From an uncultured virus (IMG/VR IMGVR_UViG_3300033066_000375) (lineage: Duplodnaviria; Heunggongvirae; Uroviricota; Caudoviricetes), in IMG/VR virus record IMGVR_UViG_3300033066_000375: a stretch of 64,000 nucleotides of DNA; one strand, given 5' to 3'. The notes under the pieces were generated by a model. The model did not search any database, had not been told where the DNA came from, and was given only the letters and a program-made list of their open reading frames with translations. Below, one piece after another: positions 31,682 through 42,370 of the stretch (positions are counted from its first letter, which is position 1; each line of letters opens with the position of its first letter). Both the position numbers and the translations under genes were made by a program.

Positions 31682-33484
31682 ATGACATTACAAGTTTATA
31701 TTACTGAACACAATGATAAGTTCCTTTGTACTAAGGAACAGGCAGACGTATTAGATACGCTGCGCGAAGTTAATAAGGGTGGCATTGGTGCCGTCCATGG
31801 TTATGTTCCAACGTCTGGCTATGATATTTCCCCTGAATTGGATATCCAGTTCATTACTCGTATTTCAACTAATGCATTATACGAGCGAAAGATCGCTGCA
31901 TTAGAATCAATTAAGTTTGAAGATATTGTGAGCGAATTGGGACAGAATCCCAAACTTGCCGCATTGACGTTTAACGAAGCGAAGGATTTGTTTGAATTGC
32001 GTAAGCAGTCAAGCATTGATTCCATGAAGAAGACACTTTCCGGTGACCGTTCAGGTTCAGCCCGTGAAGGTCATGATCGTAATAATATTTCTGTCTGCCA
32101 GGGACTAAAGGTTAATCTTGAAGGTACAAAGGTTAATGGGCAGAAGATTCCAACATTGTACCCATTCAAGGGCGAAAAGCTCCCTAAGTGTGAAAGCATT
32201 CTGTTAAGCTATCTGGAAATTTCACGCACTGTTGTCAAGCCTGGACAGTATAAGGTGGTCAATTCTGGTGCGCCAGTGCTGATGAGCGATTTGATCGAAT
32301 CCAAGCTTAATAAGAAGAGTGTTGGTCTTAAGACTCTATCACTTGATCCATCCAAGTTCCGCAGCATTTCTCTTGCTAAGAAGCAGATTCTTCGCGAAGA
32401 CTTAGTTAATGCTACAAAGGATTTGACAATTGTTGAAATGATCATGCACCTGTTGAGTGAATATGATAACGAACAGACAGCCACGTCAAAGATTATCAAT
32501 CATATTATCTACGTGTTGGATTGTTCATCTTCAATGAGCCTTCATTTAGCTACTGCGCGTAAGGTATTAACTGATTCATTGGCAGCGATCAAAGCTACGT
32601 CTGAAAGTATGGGACAAGAGACTTATGTTTCTCTATACACATTCGCAGATAATGTTAATCGTTTGTTCGTGGATAAACCAATTAATCAGGTGAATCTGAA
32701 CAACATTAGATTTGACGCATATGGCTGGACTGCATTGATTGATGCAACTCTATTGCCAATTCTTGATGGATGTGAAACTCAGGTTGCTCGCGCTAAGAAA
32801 GAAAATCACGCTTATCTGTTGAATGTTATTACAGATGGTCAAGAGAATAAGTCGAAGGCTAAGGTCGCTGAATTGACCAATGTTATCAATAAGCTTAATG
32901 ATGAATGGACATTGGCTATTCAGGTTCCTGATATGAATGGTGTGTATTATGCAAAAAATTGTGGCTTCCCTGCTGGCAACATTCAGATTTGGAATCCTAA
33001 TTCACGTACTGGTTTAGAAGAAAGTACATCATCATTCGTGGACTCATATGCAAACTATGCTGCTGCGCGTAGTGCTGGCGCAACACAAAGCAAGGGCTTT
33101 TACACTGTAAATGCTGCTGATCTTTCACGATCAAATGTGAAGGCTGAACTTAATGAAGTCAAGGGTAAGATTTATCATGCTCAGTCTGGCCCATATCAGA
33201 TTAGGGATTTCATTGAGCAGTATGCCAAGGTTGTTTATAATAAGGGTAAGGCATATTATGAATTAGTCAAGCCTGAATTGATTCAATCTTCTAAGAAGAT
33301 TGTGATTGTTGATAAGGTTAGTGAAAAGAAGTTTGGTGGTGATGGCGCCCGTCAAATGCTTGGGATTCCTGCAAAGAATGTCAAGGTTGCCCCAGGTGAT
33401 TATGGTAACTATCGTATCTTCGTTCAGTCAACATCAGTCAACCGTAAGGTAGCCAAGGGAACTTCTGTCTTTCTTGAAGAATGA
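31682..33484 (+). CDS. Fusion protein: unknown N-terminal domain plus von Willebrand factor A domain
   Basis: MIDAS LDCSSSM, GWTALIDA and VITDGQEN motifs; N-terminal half paralogous to 57387-58151. Confidence 0.8.
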   Translation: MTLQVYITEHNDKFLCTKEQADVLDTLREVNKGGIGAVHGYVPTSGYDISPELDIQFITRISTNALYERKIAALESIKFEDIVSELGQNPKLAALTFNEAKDLFELRKQSSIDSMKKTLSGDRSGSAREGHDRNNISVCQGLKVNLEGTKVNGQKIPTLYPFKGEKLPKCESILLSYLEISRTVVKPGQYKVVNSGAPVLMSDLIESKLNKKSVGLKTLSLDPSKFRSISLAKKQILREDLVNATKDLTIVEMIMHLLSEYDNEQTATSKIINHIIYVLDCSSSMSLHLATARKVLTDSLAAIKATSESMGQETYVSLYTFADNVNRLFVDKPINQVNLNNIRFDAYGWTALIDATLLPILDGCETQVARAKKENHAYLLNVITDGQENKSKAKVAELTNVINKLNDEWTLAIQVPDMNGVYYAKNCGFPAGNIQIWNPNSRTGLEESTSSFVDSYANYAAARSAGATQSKGFYTVNAADLSRSNVKAELNEVKGKIYHAQSGPYQIRDFIEQYAKVVYNKGKAYYELVKPELIQSSKKIVIVDKVSEKKFGGDGARQMLGIPAKNVKVAPGDYGNYRIFVQSTSVNRKVAKGTSVFLEE

Positions 33485-33736
33485 TCTTGACAAGTAATTG
33501 ATTGTATAATATAATCCCCGTCTAGATAAATAACACTCTAGACGGGGATTTTTATGTTTACAACTTTTGTAATTCTGATGATCATTGCGTGGACTGTTGT
33601 TGGTATCATGTTCAAGTGTGCGATTGATTCTATGCAGAGTGAATCGTTCCATAAAATGTTTACTCATGCTCGTATTGGTGCTATACTCCTAACTGGAATA
33701 ACAATTATAACATTTATTAGTTAAGGGGCAATACAA

Positions 33737-34309
33737 GTGGGACAAACATGGTTTTCGAGCGATCAACATTATTCACATAAAAATATAATCAAATATTCAA
33801 ATCGTCCTTTCGCAGATGTTGAAGAGATGAATTATGAACTGATTAAACGATGGAACAAATGTGTGAAACCAGACGATACAATATATCATCTTGGTGATTT
33901 TGCATTTTGTAATATTGAAAAGATAGAATCGATTCTATCACAATTAAATGGCACTAAACATCTGATCAATGGTAATCATGATAAACAGATCAAACAAAAT
34001 CGTAGTAGATTGATTGATGGAGGATTTGTCAAATCAGTTAAAGATTATGACGAAATTTATATCAATGGCCAATTTATTGTGTTGTTTCATTATGGTTGTA
34101 GGGTTTGGTCGCGGAGCCATCATGGCGCATTTATGCTATACGGTCATTCACATTCATCTTTACCACCATTTGGTAAATCTGTAGATGTTGGTGTTGATTC
34201 TACCTGGGTCACTGGTAAAGCAGAATACCGCCCATTTTCATTTTATGAAATCAAACAATTTATGGACAGGCAAGTTTCAGAAGTTGTTGACCATCACGGT
34301 GCTGATTGA
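33737..34309 (+). CDS. Calcineurin-like metallophosphoesterase
   Basis: SDQH, LGDF, GNHD and YGHSH motifs. Confidence 0.9.
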   Translation: MGQTWFSSDQHYSHKNIIKYSNRPFADVEEMNYELIKRWNKCVKPDDTIYHLGDFAFCNIEKIESILSQLNGTKHLINGNHDKQIKQNRSRLIDGGFVKSVKDYDEIYINGQFIVLFHYGCRVWSRSHHGAFMLYGHSHSSLPPFGKSVDVGVDSTWVTGKAEYRPFSFYEIKQFMDRQVSEVVDHHGAD

Positions 34310-34366
34310 TTCAGCCACCGTTCATAAACATTTGCTATACTTCGATCATCGAATAGGAAGTCACCA

Positions 34367-34846
34367 ATGATTAAGATTATCAAGAAAGATATCACTACAG
34401 TCACCAAAGGTATTGTAGGTCAAGGGGTAAATTGCTTGGCTGTGATGGGTGCGGGAGTCGCTCTAGCTATTGCAAAGAAATGGCCAAAAGCATTAGCAGA
34501 ATATAAACAATATCTAGGAAAATTTGGCCAAACTCCATACCTAGCATTAGGCATGGTTCAATTGTCAGCCATTGATGATAAGGGTGAATTGATTATTGCC
34601 AATTGTTTTACTCAAGTAAGTGTTGGATATGACAAGGATGGTAACCCACCAGCTAGTCTCAGTGCTATTGAAGATTCACTGCGATCACTGGTGAAGACAT
34701 GTAATATCCGCCATCAAGACCTTTATACACCCCAGATTGGTTGTGGTCTTGGTGGACTGGACTGGGAAACTCAAGTGAAGCCTATCTATGAAAAGCTTTC
34801 TGAAGAGTTGGATGATGATTTGAATTGGTATGTATGTACAATCTAA
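34367..34846 (+). CDS. Macrodomain (Appr-1-p / ADP-ribose hydrolase, T4 Tk.4-like)
   Basis: GVNCLAVMGAGVA, IANCFTQ and PQIGCGLGGLDW motifs. Confidence 0.88.
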   Translation: MIKIIKKDITTVTKGIVGQGVNCLAVMGAGVALAIAKKWPKALAEYKQYLGKFGQTPYLALGMVQLSAIDDKGELIIANCFTQVSVGYDKDGNPPASLSAIEDSLRSLVKTCNIRHQDLYTPQIGCGLGGLDWETQVKPIYEKLSEELDDDLNWYVCTI

Positions 34847-36083
34847 GGAATGATTATGAACGAAAATATTAAAGATGCAACTTACAATGAAGGTAATGAA
34901 CGTCAGCGAATGCTAAATCAATTGGCAAAGAATGGCTTACGCGGTGATGATGTACATGGTAAGCTTGCTTGGAACATTGTCACACAGACTCATGAACTAG
35001 CATACAAGCAAGACGAACTCTTCGCTGAATTATGCAATCTAATCAATAAGATACGTAATAGTAGACGTTGATTTAGCTTTTAGAAACGTAATTTTATTCT
35101 GAGTGGATGGCTGTGGTATAGCTAGCAATGACTGTTGTTTTTATACCACACCAACATATCACACAGTGTATATGTACATTGTACATACGTATGCGTTAGC
35201 ATTTAATTTATTACTGGACTACATCATGTATAACACAGAAGATGAAGCTATTGCACGAATCGAATTCTGTCTACGTAGATCAACATTACTGTATAAGATT
35301 TATTTACTAGTAAGACGATTCAGCAATGTTTATTATGGTGACACTCCACCATTAAGCATTCATAATAGAATGCGCTCATTACATAATAATATGGACTACT
35401 ATTTAGATCAAGCTAGAAACGTTCGCTGTGATGGACATTCTGTTGATACAATTTTGAAGTATGTTTCTTCGAGAAAAACTGTGTTATCAGATATTACATA
35501 TAGAAAAGTTTACAGAAAGAAATTCTATTACAGTAAAGCTAATAGAATGTTGAGTAAATATCTTGAAGTTAGATATCCTCCAGCATTAAAAAATGCTAGT
35601 TACGTATGGAATCCATTACAAAATGAAAAAGTAGATGATGATATTGGTATAACTAAATTAGATGAACCGTATAACTATGATAACGGGTTCATCTATGACA
35701 CAGAGTTTTACCATCCAGAGATGGCCTGTGGATAACTTTTCCAGAGGGCATAGTCTCGCCAACCCTTGATAATAGCAGACCATTTCTGAACAGACACTGA
35801 ATATTTACATTTTCCTTAAAAAATATTTTTGAATCTGTTCAGCGTCAATTCAGTTATAAAAGAAGTCATTTCAGCTTCAACATACCTTAACACGTCAGAG
35901 ATCACATCACAAGTTACAATCTTTTATAAAAAAGTGCTTGACAAATATAAAGTAATAGTATAAAATGGGTGCGTGGTCGGAGAGAAGTGACGAGCAAACT
36001 AGTGTGGTGAAAATACAACAAAAATAAACCTTGACATGATTCCTTTATATGGTATGATGATCACAACAAACGGGAGACAACAC

Positions 36084-36461
36084 ATGCAATTCGATACCAC
36101 TGGTGGTCTGTCCTTCGAAAGTGCTTGTGATCTGGTCGTGATGCATTGTAATCCTGAAATGGCTGATATGGATAATCCGCGTGGTGAAGTTTATGGATAT
36201 CGCCCATTCATATTCGCTACTGATAGCATGGGTAATCGTAAAGTCATGTATACTGGTCCTGCTACTCGCGATGAAGGCGCTGCCATCAAAGATGCAGACA
36301 ATGTTGCAAAGTGCTTGCAGGCTCGCTGGAACAATTATCATAAGCTCCCCGTAGCATTCGATGCGTGGCAGGATACTCGCCCAGCATATGGTTCAGAAGC
36401 TTATCAGGCATATGGCGCAGCTGATGATCTGGCATGGGAACGTGAGCAAGAGTTTTATTGA
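36084..36461 (+). CDS. Hypothetical early protein
   Basis: TTGACA promoter and RBS GGGAG; RPAYGSEAY motif. Confidence 0.65.
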   Translation: MQFDTTGGLSFESACDLVVMHCNPEMADMDNPRGEVYGYRPFIFATDSMGNRKVMYTGPATRDEGAAIKDADNVAKCLQARWNNYHKLPVAFDAWQDTRPAYGSEAYQAYGAADDLAWEREQEFY

Positions 36462-36520
36462 TTCAGTCACCGTTCAGCTAAGTTCTGTATAATACAATCC
36501 ATACCAACGGAGACAAGCAA

Positions 36521-37039
36521 ATGACCATCGAATCTGATCTGCGCGATGCCTTCAACCGTCACATGGACAAAGCATGCAGTCTTTATCCGAATCTGGCAAT
36601 CATTCGCAATCGTCTGCAATTCATCATTGAACCGAACATGGGTCAACGTGCGGGCACTGCCCGTGGTGCTTCTGAAATCCGTGTGAATCTGGCAATGGCG
36701 AAACAGAATTTTGATCACATCGCGAACGATACCATCCCGCATGAGATTGCGCATATCATCTGCAATCATTTCAATTGGGACAATGGCCATGGGCGCATGT
36801 GGAAACGTGTAGCAGCATCGCTTGGAATCGTTCCAAATCGTTGCTTTTCCACTGTTGACACAGGCATCAAGCCTGTTATGATGCGTCAACGGCTCAAGTA
36901 TCTGCACAAGGCAACGTGTGGGACTGAAATCTGGCTCAGTGATGTGATGCATGGTAAGATCATGCGGGGTGGCATCCGCGTCATTTCCCGTACTGGTGGT
37001 AAGTTGAAGGCTAGCACATACATGGATCAAGTGAAATGA
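36521..37039 (+). CDS. SprT-like zinc metalloprotease
   Basis: RAGTA, TIPHEIAH and GHGRMWK motifs. Confidence 0.85.
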   Translation: MTIESDLRDAFNRHMDKACSLYPNLAIIRNRLQFIIEPNMGQRAGTARGASEIRVNLAMAKQNFDHIANDTIPHEIAHIICNHFNWDNGHGRMWKRVAASLGIVPNRCFSTVDTGIKPVMMRQRLKYLHKATCGTEIWLSDVMHGKIMRGGIRVISRTGGKLKASTYMDQVK

Positions 37040-37314
37040 TAACCCCATCGGCATGGATGTTTGAGCAGTTTTGTATAACTTGTCCTGAATATCAGTATGA
37101 AAATGAATGGGCTGTACAATACGCTGATACCCATCCATCACATTTTTTCATATATGATGAGAAACAATTTCGCAACATAAAGCCCTTGTACTCTGTAGGG
37201 AATGTGTTAGACTTGCTGACTGATGACAAAGCACGCGAAGAGTTTCTAGCTGAGTTTCTGAATAAATAGTTCTTGCATACTGCAATAGTATGATGTATAG
37301 TAGCAAAACAGTCT

Positions 37315-37415
37315 GGGAGCGTGGCCAAGTGGTAAGGCAGCAGACTTTTTTAGTACTTTTTCGAGAGTATTAAAAAATCTGTTCATCGTGGGTTCGAATC
37401 CCACCGCTCCCACCA
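37315..37415 (+). tRNA. tRNA-Lys(UUU) with 26-nt hairpin insertion (putative intron)
   Basis: GGGAGCG/CGCTCCC acceptor, intact D and T arms, CCA; GCAGA/TCTGT stem encloses 33 nt (37345-37377). Confidence 0.85.
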
Positions 37416-38074
37416 AATTTTCTAGGAAAATCAAATGCTTAATCGAACACTTGAAGAGTACGAGCAGATGATCGGCCAGCGCGTCACAAAGAAACGTGGT
37501 GGACGTATGCCCAAACCGTTCAAATCCAAGTTGACAATCAACACTGTCAAGGGTATTATCAATCATCCGCACCTGAACATTCCAGCGTTCACGTTCGAAG
37601 AGGATGATTCGTTTGTTGAATGTCGTCGCTGCCATACGGTGAATGAAAATGAGTAAGGGCAAAAGCGTCAAAGATGAATTTGTGACATTGGAACGAACAG
37701 CGCAATTGATCGCGCTTTTTTGCTACTCTCCCCGACCACGCACCCATTTTACCATATCATTACTGAACTAAAACTGAACGGGAGATTGCTCCCCCGTTGT
37801 ATTACGTGAACCATCCGATGATGCAACCGATAGGCCACAAGAAGATTGCAATGATGCGGATGATTGTTTCACCATCCAATGCGGTTGCATTCCACACTGC
37901 TTTGACATTCATCACCCAACCAGCAGCCATTGCTGCGATGAACAGCCCGACCACCATAACAGTAAACCAGCCAGTGATACTATCGGTGACACGAGTGTAA
38001 GTTTTCCAAGACATTCTATTGCTCCTAAGTGTAATGTAACTATAAACTAATTACCAACCATTGTCAATAGCTTT

Positions 38075-38338
38075 TTACTTGTGTTTGAAGCTATCGTAAG
38101 AGCGAATCGGGGATGCTTTCGGAGTATACTTATGAATGCATTGCGCATCCGTACCATTCTTGAGCAGGTATGCTTTCAGGAATCGCGAAGCATCACAATC
38201 CTCTTCAAGATACACCGTATCGCCACGCTGGTACGAATATCCAGAAATATCATTCAAGATACCAAGCGCGATCAATTCCTTGCGCTTGACAGCAATCCAA
38301 CCATGACCTGGATCATTGTAATACTTGTAGAATTTCAT
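38075..38338 (-). CDS. Conserved hypothetical phage protein
   Basis: DPGHGWIAV..YLEEDCD motif; RBS GGAGG. Confidence 0.7.
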   Translation of the reverse strand: MKFYKYYNDPGHGWIAVKRKELIALGILNDISGYSYQRGDTVYLEEDCDASRFLKAYLLKNGTDAQCIHKYTPKASPIRSYDSFKHK

Positions 38339-38523
38339 CGTGTGCCTCCGTTTCAGTGTGAGATAACTATAAAGCAATGCCCTGCCATTGTCAACATCTT
38401 TTTTCATTCATTTCATCTTAACGTCATTGTTACAAAAAAGATGAAGAAAGTTGTTGCAATGATGTTCGACTTGTTTTATAGTTACCTCACTGAGACACAA
38501 CCCACCCACTAAGGAGCTACACA

Positions 38524-39276
38524 ATGAACGTCAATGATCTGGTCCAGTTTGGTCTGAAGGGCAATAGTGCTGCGTCTGATGTCAATTTCATCAAGAGTCA
38601 GCCCGCTATCGCCAGCGCGCTCTGTCAGTTTTTCAATCTCAACGTAGAAGATGGCGCTCCCACCATCCAGGCTGCGCAGTATGCGGTCAATGAGTCCTAT
38701 CGCAACAATGGTGACGATGCCGTGACTGTGGAAACCATTGCCGCAGCAGTCAATACCAAGATGGAAGCATATCGCAACAAGCTGCGCAAGTTTGCTGAAG
38801 TCAAGGAAACTGCTACCGCAGCAACGCCAGTCGCTGAAGTTGTCGAGACTGTTGCACCTGTCGAGACTGTTGCGGTCGAAGTCCAGGAAAGCACTGAAGC
38901 GCCAGCGGTCGAAGCATCCGAAACGGTTGCTGAAGAAACCAATGCAACGGAAGTTGTTGGTTTGACTGAAGTTCCCAGCACCGAAACGGTCGTCAAGCGT
39001 GGTCGTGGTCGTCCGCGCAAGGTTGTCCATCCGAATGCGCCGGTTGTGGTCAAGACTGTCAAGAATCCTGGTGCTGGTAAGGGTCGCCCAAAGCTCGCTG
39101 CTGGTCTGTCTCAGTATGACCGAGTGGTGACCTGGGTCAATAGCTCCAAGTTTGTTGGGATCGTTGACAATAACCGCAATGCTGCCGCAATCGCTTGCAG
39201 TCTGGAAACTGCCATCCCGGTTGGTTCCGTCTTGGTTTACTTCTGCAAGGGCATCAAGGCCAAGGCTTTCAGCTAA
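38524..39276 (+). CDS. AT-hook-containing protein with acidic linker
   Basis: KRGRGRPRK and GKGRPK motifs; RBS AAGGAG. Confidence 0.7.
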   Translation: MNVNDLVQFGLKGNSAASDVNFIKSQPAIASALCQFFNLNVEDGAPTIQAAQYAVNESYRNNGDDAVTVETIAAAVNTKMEAYRNKLRKFAEVKETATAATPVAEVVETVAPVETVAVEVQESTEAPAVEASETVAEETNATEVVGLTEVPSTETVVKRGRGRPRKVVHPNAPVVVKTVKNPGAGKGRPKLAAGLSQYDRVVTWVNSSKFVGIVDNNRNAAAIACSLETAIPVGSVLVYFCKGIKAKAFS

Positions 39277-40642
39277 AAAGTAGTTGACAAGTGTCGATGG
39301 TTGGACTATTCTAACCATCGACACAACAACAAATCTAACCAAATCAAGAGGATACGAATATGGCAGTCAAAGCAGTCACAGTCTATGAAGCCAGCGATGG
39401 CAAGAAATTCGATACACAGGAAAAGGCGCACGCCTACGAATTCGCGAGTACCCGAATTAACAATTTCCGAAAGGTTCTAGCCAATCCCACCATCATGCGC
39501 GCCCCTGAAGGTCTGGCAGTCGATCTGTTCAACAATCCAGCTATTCTGGAAGAGTTGCGCGAAGCATGCAACAAGGCTCTTGACTACCATCGCCGTTATG
39601 GTAAGCTGAAGAACGTCAAGTCTGCCAAGTAACATATCTGAACGAATCCTGAATGACCTAAAAATCATTCAGGATTTTTCTTGACTTATAATCAATTACA
39701 TGCTAAAATGGGCGCGTGGTCGGAAGCATAACCCATTGATTTCATTGCACTTTTTTGTTCAGCGTATGTTCATGTGACTATGATATAAATAATTATATCT
39801 GAAGAGGGTATGGTTATGAAAATCTGGATCGGATTATGGATAGTTCTTTTAGTTGTTTTCCTCCTGGTCCGTAGTCCGATCCAGATCATACGTCGCAAAT
39901 TGTTCAGGTTCAGTTCATCAATTCTTTGGTAGAATGCACATAACAACTGGAGAACATCATGTCTCGCAAAGTCACGGTAAATGTCACATTCAAGCTCACT
40001 TTGAATGTGGAAGATGGTGTAGAAATCAGCGATGCACTAAATGAACTGGACTATACCTTCACCCCACCGGATTACTACGAAATCGTGGATGAAGAAATGA
40101 TTGACTTTGATGTGACCAATAGCCGATAAAGGAATTCAAATGAGCCGCCTAACCTATCGCGATGTAATGGACCTGCCGCCAGATCATCCCAAGTCCATTC
40201 AGTTTATGAAGGAATTGAAGGAAATGGATGCAGCATATGATGAGGCTGGTGATCTTGGCACAGTCTATGACGATGAAGAATCCGAAGATTATTTCAATCG
40301 TTTCATTGCTGGTGATCGCTGATTCAGCAGCCATTCATGTAATTATGTTATAGTATGCATCATCATCAGCATCATTGAATTGGATGATGCACCGATCATT
40401 GAATTGGAGTAATATATGACAATCTTCATGCTCATCGCTTCATCTGGTGCGATTATCAGGGTGTTTGATGACCAAATCCTAGCTCTGAAGCATTTGGAAG
40501 CGTATAAGAAAAATACTGGCGCTTATGCTTGGTTGGACGAACATGACGTGACGACTGATCTACCGCAAGAAGTCTGATTCAGTAACTGTTCAGGTTAGTA
40601 ACGATAGAATGGTTTCAACAGATGAGAAACGAATACCGTAAT

Positions 40643-40719
40643 CTTACATTGGCATAACTCAGTCGGTAGAGCGGGCAAACGTCCTTATGCGCAGGTTCGA
40701 CCCCTGCTGTCAATGTAAG
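40643..40719 (+). ncRNA. tRNA-like RNA lacking an anticodon loop, extended acceptor stem, no CCA
   Basis: 12-bp CTTACATTGGCA/TGTCAATGTAAG; D arm CTCAGTCGGTAGAG; GGGC-AAAC-GTCC; T arm GCAGG-TTCGACC-CCTGC. Confidence 0.7.
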
Positions 40720-40765
40720 CGCCCACGGGTAAGCGTCTAAAGAGGCTCGGACGCAAATTTTTAGA

Positions 40766-40849
40766 GTCGATTGGTGAGTCATCTAATTTGGGAAGATACT
40801 GCCGAAGCGTCGGTGAAAATGTAAGTTCGATTCTTACCCGCCAGTCGAT
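40766..40849 (+). ncRNA. Second tRNA-like RNA with 4-nt anticodon-position loop and extended acceptor
   Basis: GTCGATTGGTG/CGCCAGTCGAT; ATCT/AGAT D arm; GCCGA-AGCG-TCGGT; GTAAG-TTCGATT-CTTAC. Confidence 0.65.
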
Positions 40850-41523
40850 AAAGTACACCGTGAACTAATTCAATGTTAAACAAACGGAGAGTGTATATCA
40901 CGACATCGTTTAGCACCGTCACCAAAATTCGCTCATTGGAGAATTGATTCAGCGCCCGTTCAGCACCACTGATATATAATATCAACATCAACCTGGAGAG
41001 AAAATCATGAAAAATTATCGCGTGACTTTCCAGGGTAAAGTGATTGTGTTGAATGAAAAATCCACCGCTGAAATGATCTTGAACCTTCACGGGGGCGGAT
41101 TGAGTGAAACGCAAACGATCAAGGCGATGAACGCTCAACGTCGATTGGATGAAAATGGTAGTATTACGTTAAAGACTTTCAAAGGTCTGCCCGTGTTGTT
41201 TGAAACCATCAAGGAATGATTATGAACGAAATCCGCAGAATCAGTGGAAACCTTTGGCGCGAATACCACCGAACCGAAACCATGGTTCGGGCACATTCGT
41301 TCCCATGGCATGAACTGACGCAATTTAATATTGGCACAGTGTATCCCATTGAAGTGTGGAATGCTGGCGAACGTCGAGAAGATTTGGAAGCAAAAAGTTA
41401 GGATGTTCCCGAAAATTGTTTCGGGAACATCCACTGAGGATAAAACAATGGCATACACATACATCAAAATAACCTTCTCCGACCACGCACCCATTTTATC
41501 ATATCATTGCTGAACCTAAGCTG

Positions 41524-41752
41524 AATGGCGGGGAGCGACCCCGCCATTCATTTGTTACAAACCGACCTTGGTGTCGGCGGACCATCCCAGAGTGGTAGGA
41601 GACTTCACCTTTTTCGACCGCACTTTATCTCTTGGGTGACGGTTACCCAGAACACGTATCGTGTGTTCCATCCCTACGGGCTATGGCCATCAACTACAAT
41701 ATCGCACTTTCGACTCCTTGCCCTTTATGGCTGCTGCGCTTTAGTGTGGGAG
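41524..41752 (-). ncRNA. Candidate structured ncRNA
   Basis: Own promoter (41754-41787) and terminal hairpin (41524-41548); several hairpins; no convincing ORF. Confidence 0.45.
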
Positions 41753-41790
41753 AACTATATCATTATGTTGCTGAACAGTTCCTGAATGAT

Positions 41791-41946
41791 TTACTTCTTT
41801 TTGTCGAAAAAATCGTCAGGGAGTGCTGGACAGTCTGAATAATCAATCGGCATTGCATCCAGCCGTGCCAACTCTTCGGCAGTCATTGTCGGAAGGTTGT
41901 TTGGATCAATCGTGAATTGTACGTATTTGATTTCTTTTTCTGGCAT
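41791..41946 (-). CDS. 51-aa BrnA-antitoxin-like peptide (not in the ORF track)
   Basis: MPEKEIKYVQFTIDPNNLPTMTAEELARLDAMPIDYSDCPALPDDFFDKKK*; own promoter at 41975-42008. Confidence 0.65.
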   Translation of the reverse strand: MPEKEIKYVQFTIDPNNLPTMTAEELARLDAMPIDYSDCPALPDDFFDKKK

Positions 41947-42370
41947 TGTTTGATCACCGTTTCAATGTGTGAGAACTATAGCACTATCTATATGAATCAT
42001 TCCTGAACAAATTGTACCAGCATTCGTTACATTCTGTTCAGCAACAATTCAGCACAATTTGATATATTACACATAAATAAGAATGTTATCATGGGTTTAT
42101 TGTAGTATCATCATTATATCTACTCGTTGGAAGAAAATGATATATTGAATCAATAGTTAGAATGATAATAGTAAATGAAATCTCGACGCAATTAAGAATT
42201 TCTTTTGGTCATGTGATCTTTGTTTTAGGTTGAAATCTCTACGGATGTTTCAAATAATTGAGAGGCTATTATGACATTGAGTGAACAGATAACACAACCC
42301 ACCTGTTCAGGCTTTGTTCATTTTCATTACGTTATAATTCATCCACACTAAAGCACTGGAGCAAAACGCC

